64,000 bases of DNA, taken from contig CM082576.2 of NCBI GenBank assembly GCA_040954595.2, forward strand, positions 9,985,129 through 10,049,128, given 5' to 3'. The notes beneath the pieces are model-generated. The model was not told where the DNA came from, did no database searches, and saw only the letters and a program-made list of their open reading frames with translations. Positions 40,701 through 52,700 of this stretch are shown here, one piece after another. A program made the position numbers and the translations under genes. How positions within the stretch are numbered: position 1 is the stretch's first letter; the number at the start of each line of letters is the position of its first letter. The DNA comes from Balanoglossus misakiensis (lineage: Eukaryota > Animalia > Hemichordata).

Positions 40701-43700
40701 GGTTTGTACTTTAATGAGGCAGTTAATGCCGGACTGAAAGTGTCGGTATCAATTTATACATAGCTGCATGTCCATGAAAAATTACAGTGATATCTTGAAG
40801 CATGGAGTACATGTATATATGCTGTACTCCCTCCTCCTAGTATGTGATATGTTGCACTATAGTCTATCTACAATGATTACAAATGAGAACTTGTGTTTTA
40901 TTGACTTCTGTCTGGCATTGGCCATGAAATTGCATTCTTGTCTTATGTCTGCTTTTATTTTAAAACTTATATGCACTCCTGATGAAAGTTGGATTCCCCC
41001 ATGAGTATATAGATTTAATTTTTTTTTTCGAAGTGTAAAAGAGTGATACACAGATTTGCCAGAGAGATCCATGTGCATCAAGAAGTACACTGTAGTCATG
41101 GTAATACCAAGATTTTTTCCTTCATTCAACGCTCACAGATGACATGCATGAAAGCCACGTGATGCTCGTAACTTTTAGTGGAAGAAATAATGATAGCCAC
41201 TTGAAATCTGTCTGCTTTGCTAATAGCACTGGATTGAATGCAGGCAGGCCACTGATATCATGCAGGCACTGTGTGTCCAAACTACAGTTGAAGCATGACA
41301 TGTAGACTGAGAAGTTCCCACAATTCCCTCTGAGTGTAAGATGTTCTGTCCTAGAACTTAATTTTTTCGAGCTTTTATTCAGTGGCTGCAGTTCGAGAAC
41401 CAGGTTGAAATAAACAGACAGCAATTGCGGGCAATACACTCGTGTTTGCTTGTGTAATTGAATCTATTTTGGTAGACAGCATGGCTCCTGAAACCAGTTC
41501 TTGGAAAATTCCCATGTGTGATGAGAATTCACCGTACAGTGCTGTTACATGTATATGTTGTTCACTATTTCATACCGACTGACAGCTCAAGGCTGTTTTG
41601 TAAGTCAGCGTGCAAAACTTGTCTCTGCATCATGTGTTAAAAGATGACAACAATGCAGTGCTCACACCGTTGTGAGCACTGCATTGTTGTCATCTTGTGC
41701 AGATGTGCTCCACTTGGAATTAATTTCTCAGATGTTTTCCAAGGTGTATTGAACGTGGGCGAGCTTCCTGTACCCATACATCTCAGGAAATCCAAATCCT
41801 CAAGACTTCATGGCAAATGGGCAAATACAATCAGCAGAGTATCACCATTTGTTCACTGTACATTTTGGAAATTGCTGTTTTTGAGAGGTCAGTAGGTGCC
41901 TGTTGGTAGTTGTCGTTCAGACCCTGAAGACAGATAATCAACGATAAAGATTTATGTATTTTAATTTTTCTTTTGCTGCTGACATTTTATTCATACTACC
42001 TGAATGGGCCATTGAAGTGTTGAATAGAAAATGTAAAGAAAGATCGTGTGCCGCTGTGAATACTGAAAAAATATATTAATCTGTCAAGTTGCCGTGGCAA
42101 CAAAGGAGATGATCTGTCAAGTCAAAGCTGTTTTCATCCTCTGTAATGCTGCATCGGTCAGATATGTTTTAATAGTCAGGACAACCTTCTTTACTTTGCA
42201 GCGGTCCATCAGGTATAACTTGTTAATGGTTTCTGTTTCCAGTATCAGACAGCAGTGCCGTGTTTGTTGTGAGCATCTGACTTGTTTGATTCCCTGAAAT
42301 GTTCAGTATTTGGCTTAGCATTAACACCCCCCCCCCCCCAAATGGTACATGTAGTCTTACTCCGAGGCTAAATACCATTTTTTTTTATTTCCCCCAAACA
42401 AACATTGCCTAGTAGTTTGAATCCTTCAGTATTCTCACACACCTGGAAATTAAAGTTCGTACAAATTATGACTAGACTATAGATAGAGTTTAACATGCAT
42501 TCCATGATGCGCAAAGCAATTCTTGTGTAGTGTTTTATAGACATAGAATCATAAAATAAAAGTGTATGTACATTGTACATATATCTGTAAAAGAACAAAT
42601 TTATACGGGGTGACTTTTGTTCAGGTGATCATTTTAGACCATTGATTATAGAAAATCTTTGTTTAGACCTCTAGAACAGGTCTGAATTGAACCTTGAATT
42701 CTCAAGTATTGTTTGGCAATGCTTGGACGCTGTGTCCCTGAGTCGAAAAAATGTGACAAGGAATTTTTTTACTATGATTTCCTGAAAGTTTGTATTGATT
42801 GAGGTACGTGTATATCTGCCACACCTTTCTGTCTTCAAACCCAGAACTGTCCAAACTTAGCTTTCTACTATGTTCTATTTTCTTCATGAAACTCTCAATT
42901 TCATTCCATTAGTGAACTCATTCAGGTTCTGATTTTGGCGAAAAGAAGATATTTGTGGTCATCCTGTATGTCAGAACCGTGTCTCGAAATTGTCGTGCGC
43001 AGAACAGGACTGGTGGGATTTCTGCAACACCTGGGACTGGTAGACGCCGTCCAGGGCCTGCAGGTAGTGCAAGGATCGGATCCTCTGGCAGCAGACGACC
43101 CGACGGCAGTCCTTGCGGAAGGCCCGGTTGATCAGCGCGTAAATGATGGGGTTGAGGATGGAGTTGAAGTAGGGCATGAAGTACTCCAGCATGTAGACGA
43201 GGAAGGCCAGCATGGAGGTGGCGTGCACGTCCAGCCGGTAGAAGCTGAAGTAGATCTTCATGATCAGCCCCGGCGTCCAGCACACGGCGAAGACGATGAT
43301 GACCAGCAAGAGGCGCTTGGCCACCGTGTAGTGGGTGGAGTGCAGCGGCGTGCCCGCGTACTGGTTCTGCGCCCGGTTCTGTTTCCTCAGGGAGCAGAAT
43401 ATGGCCGTGTACGCGGTGGTGATGACGGTGAAGGGGATGAGGAACACCAGCGTCCCCTGGATGAGGGCGATCAGGAGCTCCAGGTTCAGGTAGTGGCTGC
43501 TCAGGGGTTGGCAGTGCGGCCCCGTGTACAGGAACGCGGACGGAAAGGCGAAGACCAGCGAGAGGACCAGCGTGGCCGATATCAGGCACCTGGCTTTCCG
43601 CTTGGTGAATTTGGGATGCAAGGGGTAGCCGATGGCGTAGTACCTGTCGATGGAGATGCCCATGAGGAGCCAGGAGGTGCAGTACATGGACTGGTTCCAC

Positions 43701-46700
43701 AAGTAGACGGACAGCTTGCACTCCAAGTCCGTCACTCGGCGGTACAGGTGCGCGGCCTCCAGGTGGATGTGCAGGGGGATGACCACCGCGCAGACCAACA
43801 AATCGGACGCCGCCAAGCTGCAGAGGAAGTAGTTGGCGGTGGAGTTCTGCTCGCTGACGCTGCCCCGTTTGACGCAGACGACGAACACCAAGATGTTGCC
43901 AAGGATACCCAGCAGCATGATGAAGCTGAGCAGCGCCACCTCCACGTACTGGCCGACGATCCCCGGGCGGCGAAAATGCGACGACAGATCGTAGAGAGCG
44001 GTGTCGTTGGAGGGCGTTTCGAACATCGGCCGCCACTGTTCTGTCATGTTCTCCAGCAGAGTCAGTGAAGATCCTGTGGATAGGGTTTCAAAAGTCGGCC
44101 ACCAGTGGTCAGTCAGATTTTCCAGCAGGGCCACCGGAGATGGTCCGGATTTGTTCATGTCCTTTCCGTGGGAAACGTCACCACAACCTGTTTGTAGACT
44201 GAGAAAAATTGCACTGTAAAACTTTTGCCACAATTAAAATGGCGCAATGAGAGCTTGATGCATCCACCTTCTTGTTTGACTCAATTGTAAAGGTTTTCTT
44301 AGATATTACAAAGAATGGGAAATGGGGGGTGGGAGTGGAGGGTTTGTTTTCTTTATACAGATATACTACAATATAGATGGATGAGACCAGATATGATAGG
44401 AACTGTTCTGTTCTATTCATTAGGTTCCAGTCCTGATTCAACCTTATGTTTCCAGCTTTAATATTGTATACTATAAACAGGTGTGGTTCTTTCTGTTGAT
44501 TTGTGGATGTAGACAGCTGACGTTATTAGATCTCACAAACTACAAGAATTTCATCAGACCCTGTTAAGAAAACATGCCAAGGAAAACACGAAAGCACTTG
44601 CTTACCTCAGTGAGTGTTAAGTCAGAACCTCCGCGACGGAGTTACACGCTGCACACCGATGACTCATCCATTGAGAGGAAAGAAATTTCATTAAGCGAGG
44701 AGATCAGGAAAAAAGTTGCCAGTCCAATCTAAGCAGCCATCCTGAGTGTAAATACAGTAAACGAGATTTAGCTTTCAGGGTTAAAGGAAAAAAAAAGCGA
44801 TTGGCCTGTTGAATTGCATTTAGAATAAACGGTTAATTGTGTGCTACTGTGGCGTATGCTGATAATAGGGGCCGTGACAGAGTCGGCATGGTGTCTGTCT
44901 GGATGCCGAAGATTACTCACAGCCAAATATACACACCAAGGCTTTGAGATAAAAGCTTGGAAATAAAAAAGAGTGACCAAGCAGAGGTTATTTTTAGACA
45001 GATTCTAAAATAGCGGTCGGAAACCCCTGGGTGCATGCTGTCAGTAATCCGAATCAGGGGGTGTCTGATTAAACCAGCAAAATCTCTCCCAGGGGGTGTG
45101 CGAATCATTATCTGTAACTTGTAAGATAAGTCTCAGTTGTTCAGTTTTGCACTGAGGGACTGTGTCACCTTTTATCAAAGCACAGACAGTTAACAAGAAT
45201 CTGAGGGTAATGTCCTCTTTGGGGAGGCAGTGATGATGTTCTGATTATAAATGGGAATGAAGAATCTAAGCAAGGCTGTTCACTTCTCCCTGGTTTACAT
45301 AATTTCAGAAATGTCGGTACGGGCTATGTTACATGTATGTCATCCAAGCCATCACTAGCAATCCGTCAGATCGGAACGTGCAGGAGATAGATGATAGCGT
45401 GTGACATCAAGAATGATTGATTGGGGCGTGGACGAGAATTTTTTCCACTGTTGGCCCTTCCTTAATCACAGGACATGAATGATATATAGTCCAAGGAGAA
45501 ACTAGTTTAGTGGCCCAGTTGAGTGTCCCAAATTTCCATGTCCTGTCGTCATAGCAGCAATTCCAAGTGCCTTCTGGAAAGAAAGTTTCTGATTCTAAGC
45601 ACATGTTTACCTGAGATTTATCAAATTTGCATTTATGATGATTTTTTACAGTTTTTAGACAATTTATAAGATGACAGTGTAGTTTTGGAAGAATACTGAA
45701 TTTTGTGAAAGGTCATCTTCTGTGTTAGTCAAAAGAGGATGTTTTTTGAAAAAACTATTTGATCTAAACTGTGTAATGTATACTGTTTATCCAGGTGCTG
45801 TTTTTGCAAATGGCAAGTTGCGCCTAAAAGCATGAGTGGATATTTCATCAATAACAAGGAATATGACTCAATTAGTATTACTCCTAAATCGACCAATAAT
45901 TTATGTCACTAATTATGTTTTTATTACTGTGCCTCCATCGCTGTGAAAGGATTTTACCACACCAAATTACCTACTTTATGTCAATTTGGCAAACGTGGAC
46001 AGAAATGACATGACATTGTGTAATAAGACAGTGATGGTAATTGCCCTGCCACTAATACATGAAATATTAATATCTAACAAAAGAAAAGCAGTAGCAGACA
46101 CTGCCAGTAATATGTAGGTGAAAAATGTTTTTCTCGGCAAGAACAGTTGACAGGGCTAGGGCTCTGAAAGCTTGCAAACTTCCACACATTCTGTGTCACA
46201 GTGATCCAATGGGGATGACTGATTTCCCCAGGTTTTCAATCATTTTTCTCTCCGATTGCTGATGGGAATGATTGATGTAGGAAGAGCTTTTTCATCTTCT
46301 GTGACTTGTTTATGGCACGTTGTTACATATCCACAATGCATTGCTGTGTAGAACATCCATTGCCCTGTCTTCCTCCTGCCCAAGATTAAAGTAACATTGC
46401 CTCGGGAACAGAGTATCAATCAGTAAAATGACACTCCTCAAACCTTTCAATTCTTTGCTGTATTAAAGTGTGTGGGGAGTCTTTTTGAAAACATAGAAGA
46501 TAACAGGTTGTTCATAGTCTTGTTTTTATCAAAATCACTAAATCTAAATTAAATCTCCTCCATACAGTTAACATATAGAGATTGGTGGACATTTTGAATT
46601 TCAAATTTGAGGTCATTTTGCCTTCTCATTCTCATGTGCGCTGATCTCCAATCTTTATTCTCAATTTTTAGAGAAAATAATCTATAGGTGTCTTGAGCAG

Positions 46701-49700
46701 AATGTGAAAAAAAGTTTAAGACTTTCTATTTTCTGGGCGCATACTAACTTAGGGAAGAGGTAAATTTCAAGCAGACAGTTCCAGTACCTCACTAGGATAT
46801 ACCTCTGCCAAGCTACCGACTGGAGTTGCCGCCTCTCAGGCATCATGAATATTCATGAGAAGCTCACTACAGGAGTCCAGATAAAAACATTTTGATAACC
46901 AGTCTGTTTTGGAGGAGAAGGATTATTCAAAGGAGGAAAGTACATGTATTATATTTCTGAAGTGCAAAACAAACGCAGCTATTGGTGCATGCTTGGAGTT
47001 TTGATCCCATCTTCCATGAAGTAGGGGAATGGTTATAACTGTGTACGATAATGTATTGAATTGTTGTTTTTGTGTAGTGGTTCAGCCTATATCACCCGAA
47101 TCACTCAAAAGCTTATGTGTAGCAAAACCACTCAAGAAATGAAGCCTCGGGGATGTACGTATACTAGTATTGAAAACATGGTACTTCATGCAAAATGGAC
47201 ATAAAATTTGATGTATTTTCTCTTCATTTTGAGACTTTTAGTTGAATGGCATAGAAAGTGTGTATTTTTTTAAAAAGATGATGATGTGATGTGAGGGGGA
47301 GAGAAATGGGAGGAAGTGTACACTAACCGTGTGACCTGTAAGCTATCATTTAGAAACATGCAAATTTGAGAAAATGTCAACTTGGCTGTGACAGGATTGA
47401 TGATGCCTATGGAGTAAAGACGGGCAAAATGAAAGAAGAAAAAGCGTCACACTGAGATGAGGATGAAAGAGAGAATTTAGAGATACATATGTACGTTAGA
47501 CTCCAAGGGCAAATAAGTCATCTCACAGAAATGAGGAACAGATCAGAGACAGGCAAGAAGGAATTATTCAGATTCATGGGGAGAAGTAACATTAACTTTG
47601 ACCATGAGATTTGTGGCAGAGTCTTTGTGGGCAACTGTGGAGAGTGGAATATTGTTGAAATAATGGGGGGGGGGGGGGGGGGGATATTGAAGGATAGTAA
47701 AGAGGAGAAATTTTTGGTGAAATCTGGAGAATTGGTCGGCACGACAACATGTTTTGCTGAGAGGCAAAGAATGTTTTTGGTGAGCACAGGAGAATGTTTG
47801 AAAGCTAGCTTACGTGAATGGCTTTGCAGAGGCTGCCGCCAATAACAATGAGCAGGGCTCGGGGAAGATCGGATACAGTGTAAGAGACTCCAGGGAAACA
47901 TTCTTTAGGAAGCACACAAATTACAATTATCTAGCTAAACAGAGTGCGGTGTTGTGACACATGGCCAAATCTATCAATCTGAAAATGAGCAAAGCGAGAG
48001 AAAAAAGAGAAAAAAGTGGAAATTTGCAAGTAAAATCAGTTAGAGGGAGTTTTCAAAGACCTGATAAAGCTGAAAATTAAATGCTATGTGTGAAAAAGTA
48101 GTTGTCTTGCGCTGATGATCACAGTACGGTTAGAGGCTTCACAGGTGGAAAAAGCAGTGAGTTGATTGATGGGAAGAATTTTTCTTAAAACTGCAGAGAT
48201 TCAAAGTGCAGATAATAAAAATTCCACAGAAAATAAAACATGGCATCTGAGAAAGCAATACATACCTGGCTGATAGCTAGTTTCGATGTTCCCACTGAGT
48301 TGTGTGTGTAGAACTCTCTGTATCGCTGTAATCTGTGATGCTAGTGTACGCTCTCACAGGATATGTTGTTGGCATAGACAAACCTGGGAGAAGAAGGGGA
48401 AGGAAGATCACATCAATCACTGTCAGATGGATTGCATGCAGCAGTAGGTTCAGTTTGGTCGTTCCCCCAGTTTTGAGAGGTGGTGTATACATACATGTAC
48501 ATTAGCCTGCCACTCCCATGGGTGGGCGTCACCTAATTGTGCTGACCTCCGACCTCGCTGCTTATACATGTATATCCTTTCAGGGAGGAAAGCTGTCCAC
48601 GGCTAAGTAGCGGTGTGTTGGCATAGCAGCAAATGACACTACAAAAGACTCCAATGCATATCCCTGCATGTGCTTGTGCAGAGACGTGTGCTTAGACCCA
48701 GTAGCATTTACTTGGGTTATTGATATTCTGTAGAGACCCATCGAAGAAAATGCATGAGTTTAATATTATTCCATGCATGATATCAAATGTGACGCGCGAC
48801 AGTTGAATAAAACTTGACAGCTCACTGACCTGTCAAATCCCATTTGTACCGGTATATACACGTGTCGGCAAGCTAGGAAATGATATTTTATTCTTGAGTA
48901 TGTGAGAGGTGCACCTTGGAATGCATAGTTCACAGTCCAGGAAATACACCTCAACCTGTCGGGAATAGTTCTCGAATGTCAGGGTATCAAATCATTAAAA
49001 TAAATCACACTGAATATCAAGACTGAGTAGTCATAGAATGCACTTAAAATTTATAATGTTTCTTTAACTGTCTGGCAAGAAAGAAAAACAAACAGCTTTT
49101 GTCATATTTTGCTCAAAGCAAGTTTAGATTATTCTGTCTTAAAATTGAGAATATCCTTCGGTATAATTTATGCTAAAGTGAAAGTAGTCAAAAATGTCAT
49201 ATTCTGTATTTCCGTTGCAGGTCTTGAAGACAGTGTTCACGTGTATTCTAATAAAGGTCTCGTGTACAGCGCCACCCTGGGATTAGTAGACATCTCCAGG
49301 GGAACCAACTCCTACTACAAGCTACAGCTGTTGGAGCACGACAATGCCCACAGGTAAGATCATTTCCAGTGATCGACTCTGACAATTACAGAAAGTGCAC
49401 AGACCATTGTCCAAACTCCATGACACCCTGTGAGACCTCGAATTAATAGGCAACTTACATGGGAGAACATTCTCATGTTTATACACAGGACAAACCCAGC
49501 ACAAATGTTACAATTTTTGTTAAACTCTGCACCTATTCTAGTTTCATACAAAGCTTGACTTGTTGACTCAGCTAGCAACCTGTTGCTGCGGTAATTAACC
49601 AAGTCTCGCAATGCGCTGAAAATCCTCTTTTGTTTGAATGATTCCTAGGGTAAGAGGTGTTTATTTCCCACATAAGTGTCTACTATTAACGTGACTGCCT

Positions 49701-52700
49701 CAAAGTGTGGCTAAATTTGCTACAGGTCGTGCAAAGGGAAATATTAATGGTGGAAGATAGTGTTATTTGTGTCTCTATGCCACGCAGATGTTTAATTCTC
49801 TTAGTTGTCACGTGAAATTCATTTTCCCGTATTCTCCCTGACCTGACCCCACCCTAGATGGTACGTGTTCCGTGCTTGGGGCCGCGTGGGCACAACCATT
49901 GGAGGCAACAAAGTGGACAAGTTCCACGGAAAACAGGCGGCTGTCGACAATTTCCTCACGGTGTACGGAGAGAAGACCGGGAACGACTTTGGAACGAAGG
50001 ACTTTGTCAAATATCCCAACAGATTCTACCCATTGGAGATAGACTATGGCCAGGTATTAAAATGAAAATCCACATGTCTTTGATGAGTTGGGTAAATGCC
50101 GTACATTTACAGCCGTCCAAGTATTGGCTATAGCATTGTTTCTGGCCATTTTGCTAACGTCAACCACTGTTGCTTTCCCCAACCTTCACTGTCGACCGAC
50201 ATTGTAACACAACATGTTTTTCTGTCATTGCTTATCACCGTTGTGCCATTTTGTAGGAAGAAGAAGATATCAAGAAACTGAACAAAAAGGCGGGCACTTC
50301 ATCCAAACTAGCCAAAGAGATCCAAAACTTGATGAAGATGATATTCGATATAGAGGAGATGAAGAAGACCATGTTGGAATTCGAGGTAAGCACCAAGGAC
50401 CCTGGATTGAAATGTCGTAGTTTTCACCAAGCACACAACTCCCACAAGAGTAGAGTAAACCATAGAAATCTTTCTTTATTTGTCATTGCGTAAACCAGTC
50501 CTTGTTATAGCTAGCTTCACAAAGCTGTCATGTGAGAAACCAAAAAGGATTGCTTTACTGTCTGATTTTCACAACATACATTGTACAGCTGCTTTTACCC
50601 TGACTCCATGATATTATTACTAGTTCTAGCTGTAACAAAAGTGTTTAGAACCTTGGTGGTAGAATTTAATACAATTTTCTCGGGTTTCAGCCACCTGTGA
50701 ATTACCTCACAAGTTTTTAAAACAAAATTTATTTGTTTTGTACAAAAAGACATGGGTTTATTTGTTGATGATTTGATGCCACCTGATTACATTACAACCC
50801 ACATCTCCTGGTGACAAGTTAAATTGTCTTTCCTGATCTATAATTGAGTTTTCTTCCTTTCCTTGACAGATTGACTTGAAAAAGATGCCGTTGGGTAAAC
50901 TGTCAAAGCGTCAGATCGAGAGTGCGTACGCTGTGCTCACTGAACTACAGCAGGTTGGTTGATTGATCTGCACCACGACATCAAATCAAGATTTTTAGAC
51001 CCTGGCAGTGTCTTTCATTTGATCTTTTCTAGCCATCTCAAATGATCACGCTTTGACCTCGTCAAACAAAGTGGCAGTTGGTCTCGTGAAAGTGGATCTT
51101 TTCAGGGGACCTTGCTGGAAACAAGCAAGCTGCACAAATATTTTCAAGAAAAAATGACTTTAACTACCATGGCAACAGATCGGTGAACACGCACAGGATG
51201 TGTTGTTTGAAAAGAGAGATTACTGACAGGATGTGTGGTTTTGAATATTATTGTGAGATGACTTCCAAGAAAGTTACATTGACAGATTTTCAGAGATGTC
51301 TGCTTTTCTACTTGGCGCAGCACTCTGTCTGAATGCAGCCCAAACATGAGAAATCTTCTCAGAAGCTTGTTGTGTGATCAAGGAAACAGAACTTAAAATT
51401 GATCCCTATTTGATTTTAACTTTCTTTTACACCCTTGTCTCGTTGCAGTTGGTTGCCCAGGAAGACAGAAGTGCGTCGGCCATATTGGATGCGTCCAACA
51501 GATTTTACACTCTCATACCGCATGACTTTGGACTCAAGAAACCACCTTTGCTCAACTCGACAGACATAATCACGGTAAGATACGAGACGTCAACCTCATG
51601 TAGTATTGATTCTGTCCTCATTTCATATCGTAGAGATGCCAGAATTCAAATATGCAGAGGTGCAAAGAAAGGGAACAAGGCACTTGCTTTGATGGATCTG
51701 TCGGTAATAAAGAGGTGTCTGTAATGGCATCAGTCTCTTTCACAGGCATCATATGTATGCATATCTCCTCTCCTTTTTCTTTCAGGCCAAGACTCAGATG
51801 CTTGACAACTTGCTGGATATTGAGGTTGCGTACAGCTTGCTCAAAGGAGGCGACACCACTAAAGATCCTATTGATGCTAACTATGAGACTCTGAAATGTC
51901 CAATAACGGTAAGAAATCTGTGTTACACAGTGGTCCTTTTTGCAGTTTTTGTCTGCCTGTCTTTCTGTTTATTTCTCTGTTTTAATCGTCACGAAAGCTA
52001 GGCTAAATGAGCTGGCAATGCTTTTTACTGCTAAGTTACGTGATTACATGTACCAAACTTGCCCCCCAAAATATGACGATGTTGATCAGTTTAAAAACAT
52101 AAATTATATTAACTTGGATGCCAGAATTAAACTCCAATATCAGAAGCAACAATTGTTCAGGTGAACAATTATATGCACAGATACAGCTAATGATATCTGC
52201 CATTGTCTTGATATGAAGGTCATGGACAAGAAGAGTGACTTGTTCAAGTTGATAGAGACTTACACCAAGAATACCCACGCGGCCACTCACAGTCAGTACT
52301 CGTTGGAACTGGAAGAGGTAAGGTGGCAGAGTTCGAAGTTGTGTGTCTTTAGAGATGCCGGAAGACCGATTCCAATCACAGCCATTCATTGATTCTATTT
52401 GTGATGTTCGATAAAAACACCTGTAGTTTCAAATGCAGCGCGAGTCCACATTGACTCTGAACCTTCTGTGTACTGATGTGCTAGTTATCTTAGTAACATA
52501 TTCCCCATCTTATTCCCAATATTGTCTGGTGCCATTTTATCTCAGGTGTTTGAACTGAAACGTGAAGGTGAGAGAGCAAGATACAGGCCATTCAAACAGC
52601 TCCACAACCGTCAGCTGTTGTGGCACGGCTCACGTACGTCCAACTATGCAGGTATTCTGTCCCAGGGATTGCGTATTGCGCCACCAGAGGCGCCAGTGGT

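Noticed and set aside
42918-44068. 372-aa and 377-aa ORFs overlapping the GPCR
   Set aside because: Shadow ORFs caused by high GC3 of the real GPCR frame
47489-47901. Purine-rich region with 118-127 aa ORFs, possible LINE remnant
   Set aside because: No RT or endonuclease motifs recognisable
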